From contig CM106586.1 of assembly GCA_048013815.1 (NCBI GenBank), forward strand, positions 19,096,001 to 19,160,000: a DNA stretch of 64,000 nt, in the 5' to 3' direction. The translations under genes and the position numbers were made by a program. Positions 48,001 through 58,689 of the stretch are shown here, piece by piece (the stretch's first letter is position 1; the number at the start of each line of letters is the position of its first letter). This stretch comes from Setoptus koraiensis (lineage: Eukaryota > Animalia > Arthropoda). The notes beneath the pieces are model-generated. The model ran no database searches. It was not told the DNA's origin and saw only the letters and a list, made by a program, of their open reading frames with translations.

Positions 48001-49363
48001 AAAAGCACTGCCACTGGTGCCTAATTAGAATGGCTGTTGCTGCAATCGCAAATGGGCCATTTGCATCAGAGCCCGATGCCAACCGATTCGCCATTGTTCT
48101 GGTAGTATGCACATACGCGCACGCATTAGACTCTAATGATTAGAGACAATAGACGCGCCAGATATATATTGCGTCATGTATGTATGTGTATATCAGCGTG
48201 TGAGAGTGTGTGTAGCCGGCAGCAGATAATGTTGTTGCATAATATGCAGATACCGTTATTGTTGTTTGTTGTTATTGTTTGGGTTGCGCGTGTTGACCGC
48301 GTCACGTCATAATGATAACAGCAGCGCAAAGAAGCAACAACCTATGCGCTCACCCAGTTTAACGCAAACTATCCATCTGCGCCGATGAGCCGGCAGCAGC
48401 TACAACCACGCCAACGGCAGCAACAACCACGCCAACAGCAACAACGGCAACAACGACAACAGCAACAACACTGCTAATGGCATTATATAATATATAACTG
48501 GCCAATATAATTTTAGCCAGTTAGCCTACAAGTTGCAGGGCCGACCGGTCGCGCAATCGTTTAGCTCGCTCTGTTGGCTAACCAGGCACGCGCTGGCGAG
48601 GCGCACCAGCGCGGTAAAGGTGATGCCGGTTGGCTGCCACCCCCTCGCCCTGCTCGGCTTGTTAATCCATAAGGGCGCCGTTGTGGGGCCCAAAAGGAGC
48701 TTTTGGGGGGCTGGCCGCTTGCGTCGCTTGTGTGTGTTGGGGTAGCATCACGTGCTACCCTGCAACTAGAACACGCACACACACACACACACACACACAA
48801 ACCAGGATCACGCGCATTCCGGTTGCGTAATGCGCAAGACCGTAAGTAATGATCGCGCGTGTAATCCCTCGTACACTTTTGGCTCACTTTTGCCCCTTCG
48901 CACACTTTTGCCCCTTCGGCCCGCCTGATCACCTCCCCCCCCCACAGGGGCCCACTCACGCCTACCCTGTCGGTGTGTTTGGGGCCGCCAGACAGCTAGC
49001 GAAACTGGCCTAGACAAGGCAGTCGGCATATTTGATATAAGTCGCTGCTAGTAGCAGATTAGAGAGATCGCGAGTGAACGAGCGAAACGAAAATAGTTAT
49101 TATGCCAGCAGCATCCAAGTAGCACGGACCATTGTTGTCGCGACTCGCAAGCCTCATTCAGTTTCCGCAACAACGCATAGGGGCGCCAATGCCGCAAACA
49201 ACATAATGGTCAGCTCTCACAATCGCATCACAATATTGCCCGCAATCGTCAATGAGCAAGCAAAAGACGGCCCGTGGCCAGCGACGTAACAACAAAAATG
49301 TAAACGATCGTGAAACCAAGATACACAACAGATACAAGCAGCAGCAGCAAATTTTCAACAACA

Positions 49364-52248
49364 ATGAGCCTACAGTTATTGAACGTCTCACTCAACTACA
49401 CAGGTAAGTAGACACGCGTTTTGTCTAGCCCAATATGCGTGCCCGCGCGTCCCGTTAGTGTTGCATCATTTTCGCGTACCATGGCGCTCATTATGTTAAT
49501 TCTCGTTCTCTTACCAATCGTCAATTGTTGTAACAACGTAAATGATATGCAAATGAACGCCGGCTGAAAAATCATCATCGTAATCAACAATCAACCAACA
49601 ATCGATCGAAACAAAATCAAACTCGTGACACCGTCTTGCCAACAGTTTTGCCCGTGAACCCGTGCTGCGTTCAGCTAAATGCCAGTGAAGCCACCCTCCG
49701 CTACAATGTCAACAACAACAGCACCAGTTACCTAGATCAGCTAGGTCACCAATCAGTGCCAGCGAGCATGCTGCACCGACAGGCGCAACTCGCTGAGTAT
49801 TTATTCAAATTAAATGATAAGATTAGTAGAGCAGACGAGCCACAAACGAGCGGCCGCAAGCCGAAACAGGTAAACAAACGAGGTTACCTGAGCAAGGCGC
49901 CCCTCGCGAGCAGTGATAATCACTCAACTGGACACACTGGCCAGCAGATCTCTAGACCGAGAGGGCGCCAGTGGCAGAAAACAAGGCGGCGGAGACGCAC
50001 GAAGCGCAACGTCGGTGTCGCCAACGAGTCTTTCAGTACCCCCAACACTAGCGGCAGCAGCGGCACCACCGATCCGACAAGCTCGACAAGCCCGACAAGC
50101 CCGACAAGCCCGACAGGCTCGATGGGCTCAACAAGCAGCAGTAAATCGGATCGCAGCAACAACGGCGGCGATAACGGCTCGTTGTCGACGCCGGATAAGG
50201 CCCCGAAACAAGAGCAAAATGTCACTATTGAGACGACAACATTGGCCAGCCAAAATGGTGGCTCGAGCCCGACGGCCATTGTTGTCGATACAGACACTGT
50301 TGGCGACAACAGCGATCATGCGGCCGCCATTGGTGGCGGCGGCAACAATTTCAGTGAATCCATGGACATTATAAGCAGCGATGAGATTCTCAGCTCGTCC
50401 CAGGAGCCCCATCACAATGGCAATGGGGCCAAAATAGAGGGCGGCTTGCAAGAGTATTCTGGCAACCATTCGTCCAGCGACAATTCAGGCTATTACAATG
50501 CCAATGTGATTCGCATCCATCCAAGAATGATCATTCGTCTCATGGGAATGTCTATGATGGCCGCCATGCTAATGACTGTTGTCACCTGTTTTGTTTGTAA
50601 GCGCTATCTAAAGTGCAAAAATACAACTTGTTGTTGTTGTTTACGTTTGTATAATTCCTCTTCCACTATTGAACGAGACACCGACGACGATCATCCCTCC
50701 TCTACAGTGGGCATCACCTATGAGCATCCGCTAAACGGCTGCTACCGCAACGGGCTCAATTCGAGCGTTAGACGCCGCGATCCCTACGCAATATGTCCCT
50801 ATCAGGTAATTTATTATTCATTCCTTTTCTATGATCAACAACAAATCTAATTAATAATTAATTAATTAGATCTAATTAATTGCAGCAATCATTTACAAAT
50901 CAACTAACATGCTTGTTCGTGTGTTGTCCAATCCCGTGTGCAGCTTATTTTCAATCGAAGCAACCAGCGTCCACCGCCGCTATATTCATCTAGCAGCTCG
51001 CAAGTGGTCAATATCGGCGAGCAACTTCTGATGCCAGACCAAGCCGTCGACCAGCAACAGAGCAACCAACTTCCGGGCAGCAATTTCTATATTCTAAACG
51101 GGGACAACAATTCTCAGTCTGCACTCATGGATCATCAGCAGCCCTATTGTAACGGCAGAAACGGCGCACAACGTCAGCAGTACCCGAACGGTACAACTTC
51201 CGACCAGTTGAGCCAACAAAATGCCTCAATGTGTTACAATGTGATACTTGAGAATTTAGAATTGAATCACCTGTATGACCCAATGACCACTTACGGTGCA
51301 AACAACAATTGTGACATACAAACAAATTATCATGCAGTTGCAGGCCAGCAGCAGTACGCTGTCACCAGTTCCGATTCCGTTTGCAATCAGCAGCAGCAGC
51401 AACAACAACAACAATTTGGCCGATTGGCAGGCTGCGATCAGAGTGGCTCCGCTTCATCTAATCCATCGCTGTGGGCCAATGTGAATATTTTGTCCTCCTC
51501 TCTGACAAAAGCCCGATTACTGTCGGCAGAGGATCTGCTGAATCTGGCCAAAATAACAGAAATACCAATCATAATAGCGGCCTCCGATGAGCCACCGCAA
51601 GTGATATTGAGCAAGTTCAATCAGCTGAAATCATCGCTTGCACAACAGCATCAGCAGTCGCAACCGCAGCAGCAACAACAACAACCACAAACAATCACCG
51701 AGGTCAACGCAGATGAGCCACGCTTCTGTTTGTTGGCCCCAACAGGCAACTTGAGCTCAACGACGGCCCCCGTCACAACACGACAAGCTGCCTGCGAGTC
51801 AATTGAGGAACCTGCGCCCGACAGACCGGTTTCCATCAATGGCCAACCAATGGAGCCGTACCTCAGGGTAGGGCCCATGTTAGATCCGCCCCCGCCTTAT
51901 TCGAACATCAACTTGAGCACGGCTAACAATATTGTCAAAAAGTTGGTGGCGCAATCATCCGATCATCAACATGAAACTAATCACAGTGACCCGGCTCGTT
52001 CTTCTAACAGTCCGGCCACATGCATCAACTGTTCGGATCGTGCCATTGCTACATGTGATAGTGGTCTTGACACGGGCAACGACACTGGAACTGATGAAAA
52101 TGTTGAAACTAGTGGTAACATTCCGCTAGCCACAAGCAGTGATTCTGGATTGACTAGCGGCGACGAAATTATGAGCGAAACTGCCGGAAGTCGCAATCAA
52201 AACTGCAGCACTGACCAATACTTTTCTGCAATGAGCCAGACCAAATAA
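49364..52248 (+). CDS. Single-pass membrane protein with furin site, S/T-rich stalk and cytoplasmic PPxY motifs (exons 49364?-49403, 49646-50805, 50944-52248; 5' exons uncertain)
   Basis: Two long ORFs joined by a phase-0 GTAAT...GTGCAG intron. RRRRRTKR, N-glycosylation sequons, TM MIIRLMGMSMMAAMLMTVVTCFVC followed by a Cys cluster, then PPPLY and PPPPY. Family not recognised. Confidence 0.62.
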
Positions 52249-52429
52249 GTCACGGAAGTCTAGCAATTGTTGAGCAACGGATGAATAAAATTAATTGTCG
52301 CCATCATGTTATACTCACATTACATAATGTTGCTGTTATTGTTTATTGACTCTTTCAATATCAATTTTCAGTTTATAACTGGCCTGCCACAACATTGTAC
52401 TGTCACAATGGTGGCTGTCAGTTATTTTA

Positions 52430-53237
52430 TTATTCGGAAAAAATTTGTTCGGCTGGAGCTGTAGATCCGTAAGCGGAGCAGAAAAGTTTCAATCTCATCA
52501 AACGCTTGGTGGCACCACATTTCAAGTTCTCTACTCTAGTGAAATGCGTCAAAAGGTCGGTTGTTTCAACATCTTTCTCTTTTGAAGCGATCTCTAATAA
52601 CTCGACGCGGTTGCTCTTGAATAGAGCTCCAACAACATCTATATATTCGTTTCGTAATCTATCGCAAGCTTCGGCAACGAGCGACATTGTGTCGGGTGAA
52701 ACCATCAATCTCTCTCGTTTCATTTGGCCAGCCAATATTTGTTTGGCTTTGCTCGCGATATCAGACACTGCGTCCCTGATGCTCGTCAATGAATTGCCCT
52801 TGATTTCACCATTTTGAATTCTCTTTGCGGCCTCCTTGATTTTTCCCTACCAGATCATCAGCATCGTCGTCGAGCTGTTCGATTGGTTTAGATGGATCAC
52901 GTAATGCGTCGCTCAGTTGTCCGACCGATGCTTGCAACGTGCTCGATACTTCATGGGCCAATGTTTCACCCGAGTTCATGATAACGTTGAATACCAAAGC
53001 CTTGGCACCACCCTTTTCATTTGGGATCTTTCCTAGGATAATTTCACGTGCTTGCTTACAGAATGTTGTGAAGAGTGACTGTGGCTTGGCCAATTGAGCG
53101 ATGTTGTCATCTTCATGAAGCAATAGTGCCATGGTGGACGAGGTATGAATTTCGTCCTCTCCAAAAGGAGATCCGTATGAAACCAGACCCAACGTTGCCA
53201 CATGGGCCAGAGCTAAAATAACGAATTTTTGGTTCAT
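52430..53237 (-). pseudogene. Frameshifted paralog of the secreted protein at 53788-54618
   Basis: Starts MNQKFVILALAHVATLGLVSY and is colinear with the paralog. One extra A in an A5 run (plus-strand T5 at 52840-52844) splits it into ORFs 52806-53303 and 52430-52789. The paralog's TATA box is missing from the duplicated promoter. Confidence 0.75.
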
Positions 53238-53787
53238 TTTTTGCTTATTTTCGATAATTAAACTAAGGGCAACGATAGAGCGAATCGCTTTTTCTTGTGA
53301 CACGATAAGTTACATCCCTGTCAGGCGAAACACGAAGAGAATCTATTTATGGTTCACAGCCTAAACTTTTGATCACGATGACGATGATCACGATGACGGG
53401 CGGTGAGCCGAGTATTCGGTGAAAGAATCGGACGTTTCACACATAGTAAACGTAATTGCCTCAGTTAGACGAAAACAATACTATCCTGACGTGATAACTA
53501 ACAAGACGAGATTGTAAAACGAAAGTTGTGTCGCTGCACACAAAAACCGAGATTCGAGTTCAAAAAAGCAATGGAATTCTCTAACACTTTTCGAGCAACG
53601 AGCCAGACCAAATAAGTCACACAATTGAGCAATTATTGAGCCACGGATGAACAAAATTAATTGTTACACTCACATTTGATTATGTTACATAATGTTTTGG
53701 TTATTGTTTATTAGCTCGGTATCGATTTACAGTTTATAACTGGCCTGTTACATCATTAGACTATCACATTAGTGGCTATCAGTTATT

Positions 53788-54618
53788 TTATTCTGAGGAG
53801 AACATTTGTTGGAAAACTGGAGCTGTTGGTCCGTAGATGGAGCAGAACAGTTTCAATTTCATCAAACGCTTGGTTATACCGCATTTCAGGTTTTCCACCC
53901 TCGTGAAATAAGTCAGGAATTGGATTGACTCATTCTCTTTTTCCTTCGTTGCTATCTTCAATAACTCGTCGCGGTTGCTCTTGAATAGAGCCCCGACAAC
54001 ATCTAAATACTCACTCTTCAATCTGTCGCAAGCATCCACAATGAGCAACATTGAGTCGGATGATACCAACATTTTAGCTCGTTTCAGTTGGTCAGTCAAG
54101 ACTTGCTTGGCCTTGTTCATTACGACCGACACTACGGTGCTGATGCTCGCCAATAGATCGCTCTTGTTCTCACCATTTTGAATTTTGTGGGCGGCATCGT
54201 TGATTTTCTTTGTGATGTCATCGGCATCTTCGTCGAGCTCCTCAATTGGTTTTGATGGATCGCGCAGCGTCTCTCCCAATTGTCCAACGGATGATGACAA
54301 AGTGGTCGAAACTTCATCGGCCAATTTCTCACCCGAGTTCATGATAACATTGAAGACCAGAGCCTTAAGACGATCCTTTTCATTTTGGACCTTTCCAAGG
54401 ACAACTTCGCGGGCTTGCTTACAGAATGTTGTGAAGAGTGCTTGTGGTGTGCCCTTTAATTGGGCGAGATTCTCATCGTCGTTGGGGAACAAAGCCAAGT
54501 TTGACTTGGTCTCTCCCTCAATATCATAGTCATCGACGTCCTCGATAACGGGGTTGCAGGAAACGAAACCCAAAGTTGCCACTAGAGCTAGGGCTAAAAT
54601 TACGTATTTTTGATTCAT
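53788..54618 (-). CDS. Novel secreted, predicted alpha-helical protein (276 aa), intronless
   Basis: ATG-to-stop ORF with signal peptide MNQKYVILALALVATLGFVSC and four mature Cys. Coding-type conservation with the adjacent paralog; upstream TATA. Confidence 0.85.
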   Translation of the reverse strand: MNQKYVILALALVATLGFVSCNPVIEDVDDYDIEGETKSNLALFPNDDENLAQLKGTPQALFTTFCKQAREVVLGKVQNEKDRLKALVFNVIMNSGEKLADEVSTTLSSSVGQLGETLRDPSKPIEELDEDADDITKKINDAAHKIQNGENKSDLLASISTVVSVVMNKAKQVLTDQLKRAKMLVSSDSMLLIVDACDRLKSEYLDVVGALFKSNRDELLKIATKEKENESIQFLTYFTRVENLKCGITKRLMKLKLFCSIYGPTAPVFQQMFSSE

Positions 54619-54710
54619 TTTGGAAGGCTATTGGAATTGAAACTTTGTGTGGCTTAAGAATTTGATTTATTTTAACCTAGCTTTTGTACTACTACTTGGC
54701 TAATGATAAC

Positions 54711-54740
54711 AACTGAGCGAATCGCTCCCCTTTTATATAG
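54711..54740 (-). promoter_or_regulatory. TATA box (CTATATAAAA, 54740-54731) with downstream Inr-like TCAGTT (54716-54711)
   Basis: Lies ~95-120 bp upstream of the ATG at 54618. TATA-to-Inr spacing (~25 nt) is slightly short. Confidence 0.55.
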
Positions 54741-55227
54741 GGCACGAAAAGGCCCGATAAGTTACAACTTTGTGAGGCGCATAAAATGCGAAGAGAATCT
54801 ATTTTTGGTTTACAACCTAGACTTTTGATCACGATGACGATGATCACGATGACGATGATCACGATGATGGGTGGTGAGCCGTGTATTCGGTGAAAGAATT
54901 GAACGTTGCATACATAGTAGACATGATGGCCTCAGGTGGTGGGGATAGATAAGAACGATACCATTCTGACATGATGATCCAGACAAAAGTTGTGTGTATG
55001 CAAACAAAAAGTGAAATTCAAGTTTAAAAAAAGCAACTGAATTCTAAATATGACAATATTTTACATTTCAATCTATATTTAAAAATATTTCAACCATTGT
55101 GACCACATCATCATGCACCAGATAGATGTTAGACACTCACAACATTCGTTTTTTCTCTCTGTATATTTTTTGTTTTTGCTTGTCGTCAACAATTTTACTC
55201 TCCTTTTTTGTGGTACTTTCACAAACA

Positions 55228-56661
55228 TCATCTATACTGGGGTAAATTGGCTTGAATAATTCTTTTGGCTGAATCTAGACGACCTTGCTGTAATTGTATA
55301 TAGAGAAGACAGATTGTCATTTGAATAGGGGTTGGTTGTTGTGCTTTGCTTGCATTTACAGACTTGAGCAACATCTCTGAGGCCTTGTCATATTCTCCTC
55401 TAAGGGCGTAAGCAACACTAAGATTGTATGTTAGTACAGTGTTGGGCGCATTTGTTTCCAGTTGCCTTCGCATATCCTCCCCGCGTATGGTGCCTTTACT
55501 AACGGCTTCCTTAAGGAGACGCTGTTGACTTTTTAATTGTTTTACAATGACATTAGAGGGTGGTAATTTTGGCAAGTGTTTCACTGGTACTCTCTGATCG
55601 TCATCGCGATTCTCTGTGCTACTAGTTGCTGTTTTAAGGCTTGTGGCACTGAATTTGGAGCAAACATCTGATATCTGTTGATTGACATTGCTTGTATTTT
55701 GCATAGTTACAGCCAACGATGTGGCTAAGTTGAGCAAATCAGCATTGAGAGTTTGCAGTGCCTCGTCAATGCGATCAAGAAGAATGCACGCCTCTGCATG
55801 ATACAAGTAGGCCAATACTTTCTGATAGCCTTGTGGGGAACTCTTCAGGCATTGTGTAGTATATTTGTGAGCCGGCACAGGCTCTGCCATACACAGCGAC
55901 ACATAAGCCAGATTAATGTAGACAGTGTTTCTTAGATTGTACAACTCTGCCCTATTTATAGATTGGTATGGATTGGCAAAAGACAATTGTTGCGACAACA
56001 ATCTCGTATTGGCAATTTGGTCCGGGTTAGCTGCTGAAGGCGCTGGTATGTCATCGGTCAACAGGGATATATCACTATATTCATTGATTAATGCCAAAGA
56101 TTTAGCCAAATAACCTCTGACTGTCTCTAGGAAGGCTTTAGGTGATTGTTGTTGGTCATTGCTGCTATTCGAATTCAATTGTTGTCTTTGGCACTTGTGA
56201 TAGTTTGCGCCCACTTTAATTAGAATTTTCTTTCTGAAGTGTTGATTCTTCTGTATGGGATAATTGTGTTCTGGTATCACAGACGTGGTGCGAAATAGAT
56301 GCTGTTGCTGTTGCTCAACATTCGCTTGTACGTGGTCGAATTCGGTCATTTTGGCCCTACGTGACATAAGCAATGATTCGGCTAAACGAAACCATAGGCG
56401 CGGATTTCTAGGATACAATCTGACTAGTTCTGCAAATATCACGCAAGCTCTATCCGGGCAGCCTGTGAACAAATTAACTATGGCATAATTGAAGGAAATA
56501 TCATCGCTTGAGTTAGCTCTCTTGATTAGTTTACTGAATTGGTACGCGGCCATATGACGTTTACCATTGATAAAATTAGTAATTGCTTCATTGTTGGCAA
56601 GAACAGGCCAGGCAACATCGGTCTCGTCGACACCCTCTAGCAAGTTGAACGCCATACCCAT
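55228..56661 (-). CDS. CNOT10: CCR4-NOT subunit 10-like TPR protein (477 aa, C-terminal portion only)
   Basis: FNYAIVNLFTGCP..AC..F.ELV.LYPRNPRLWFRLAES, VYINLAYVSLC..EP..A, LAYLYHAEACILLDRIDEAL..L, YNLSVAYALRGEYDKA and LYIQLQQG....A..II match CNOT10 motifs. Confidence 0.8.
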   Translation of the reverse strand: MGMAFNLLEGVDETDVAWPVLANNEAITNFINGKRHMAAYQFSKLIKRANSSDDISFNYAIVNLFTGCPDRACVIFAELVRLYPRNPRLWFRLAESLLMSRRAKMTEFDHVQANVEQQQQHLFRTTSVIPEHNYPIQKNQHFRKKILIKVGANYHKCQRQQLNSNSSNDQQQSPKAFLETVRGYLAKSLALINEYSDISLLTDDIPAPSAANPDQIANTRLLSQQLSFANPYQSINRAELYNLRNTVYINLAYVSLCMAEPVPAHKYTTQCLKSSPQGYQKVLAYLYHAEACILLDRIDEALQTLNADLLNLATSLAVTMQNTSNVNQQISDVCSKFSATSLKTATSSTENRDDDQRVPVKHLPKLPPSNVIVKQLKSQQRLLKEAVSKGTIRGEDMRRQLETNAPNTVLTYNLSVAYALRGEYDKASEMLLKSVNASKAQQPTPIQMTICLLYIQLQQGRLDSAKRIIQANLPQYR

Positions 56662-58689
56662 GGATGAGTTTTATTATTGATAATTACGATTTATTTATCG
56701 ATCGGCTAATAAGTTAATTTTCTTGAGGTGATTATGTCGGAACGAATGGTTATTTGGAAAGCGTGTTTTTTCCCATTGAGAACCATGGCTTGCATGGCGC
56801 GCACAAACATTAGGTTGCGTGACGCGCGAATCGCACACTGCATTCACGCGCTTCCTGTCCATTGCTCCGTATAGTTTACGCCACCTGGCAGGCGCTTTTT
56901 GAAACTGTTTGAATCGGTTGGCGCACAAAATGCCCTCTCGCGCACCATGCCGCAAGTGGGATTCTCATGTTGGACCTTTTCGGATCTAATTCGACGAGTA
57001 TCACGGAGACGTAATCAGCTTCATTTGGGCGGCGGGGCTGACATCCAATGAGTATTACAGGGCCATCATTCGTAGAACCAGTGAGCTGGGGCCCCTTAGT
57101 CTCAGGGACGGCGTTCTTTCGTTTCTGGTGAAGTTCACAATTCAAAGAGACACCCTCTTCGTGGATGTCCACTTTCAAGGAGTCGTGAGCGTCTCTGGCG
57201 ATTCTCCTCTGGTTATCGGATATTTCAAATCTGCCAAAATGCATCGGGCCAGGTGCTCCCGCAGAGGCGTTCCAGTCCTGCTGTCGTTTCGAAATGCACT
57301 ATGACTTGCGAATTTCTCCTAAAGGGTGAGCTCACTGTGCTTTCTCACATTACGTCATACAAACGCTTACCATAACTATGCGTGACTATTTCATTGCAAC
57401 AAGAATTCGACGAAAAGTAAGACTTGATATCTAGACAAGCCAAGGTTGATACAAAGATGAGTTGGGAAGATGATTGCTTTGTCATGGCTGTAATAAATTT
57501 GAATTGTTAATCCTCCCTCAATTTGCACAGATCGTAAGACATTCAATATTAGCTATATAGAGAAGTTGTATCTGTTAATTAGATAAGGCAGCTTTGCCAA
57601 CTTATTATGCATTCATCGCAAGTTCATATCCAATCAATTTGTTTGTGCCTCGTTCGCATGCTTACACGCGAAATTGGCAGAAGGGAGAATCCATGAGCTT
57701 TCTATTCAATGTTGTTTATGATGAAATTAGTCTCAGTAAATTGTTGTTATGATAGAGTAGATTCATAAATAAGAAATAGTGGAGAGTATACGCTCGTTAG
57801 TATGCATTCATCCACTTGTGCAACTGTTGTTGATATGCTGTGCTGTTAATTAGTTTCATTCGAATTCTAGTGAGAACAGTCTACATATATTAGATTAATC
57901 TCGCTAGTTTGAAACTGAAGAGTATCACTTTGACCAGTTGCAAATATTGCAGAGTGGTTAAGTAGTTGCCAAAGTGCGAATGAGAAGATTATACTTCCTG
58001 CATATTATTATTATTATAATGAGCCAGTCTCAAACACCGACTAATCATAGTTTTGACTTTCACACCATAGTAGCTGCCCAACAATAAAGCAACTATCACA
58101 CAATTGACACAATAGAAATCAATAGTTTCTCATGTTTGCATTCTCCCTTCACTATTAATAATGTTAATCGATGATGAGATATATATTGTTGTGAAACTAA
58201 ATATTGTTGTGCATATTAGTGGGTGACACATCTAGCCTCGATGACCGATGGTCTTCTATGCTACGATATAATTCATGTTTGAGTAGATGAACGTCCGTGA
58301 ACTAATATCGTATTCTTTTTTAACTACATTCCCGGTTTGTTCCTCGTTGATTTTGGTCATGAAGGAAAATGGATTTATTCAAACACACGATTTGAGGTTT
58401 AGACACAGTTTATTACGGCCAGTAAGCGAAATGAAAGTAAATTCATAAAGATCAATGCAATCACCACTTATTCTTTCTTCGCTCAATCCTCTTTCAACTA
58501 TTCATCAACTTGGTAACCTGGCTGAGTCATCTAATCGTTACTGATGATGATCATTAATTTAGTGTGAATATCAATAAAATAGTTTCAATTCATAGATTAT
58601 AATCTTGAACTCGCAAACAAGTAACTATACACAATACTGACTGACCAAATAGGAGTACTGAGGGAAAGGTTATTAGCTAACGACACAAA

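Larger units (their letters stand above)
52233..55043. repeat. ~1.37-1.45 kb tandem segmental duplication
   Basis: gagccagaccaaataagtcac at 52233 and 53600 (period 1367). 3' flanks, CDS and promoter (gataagttac, tgatcacgatgacga repeats, ggtgagccg.gtattcggtgaaagaat) are shared. Confidence 0.85.

Noticed and set aside
35300-49200. Dozens of 60-165 aa ORFs in the GC-rich block (also 1317-2800 and 62060-63834)
   Set aside because: Overlapping on both strands, R/A/P/G/C-rich, with no domains; expected from GC-rich, stop-poor non-coding DNA.
52836-52850. Programmed -1 ribosomal frameshift at GGGAAAAA
   Set aside because: Restoring the frame needs +1, the heptamer is not in the X XXY YYZ register, and a simple insertion relative to the paralog explains it.
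57390-57720. Gustatory-receptor pseudogene on the minus strand (…EGGLTI…SRYQVLLFVEF)
   Set aside because: Only a vague C-terminal resemblance with at least four stops; cannot be supported without an HMM search.
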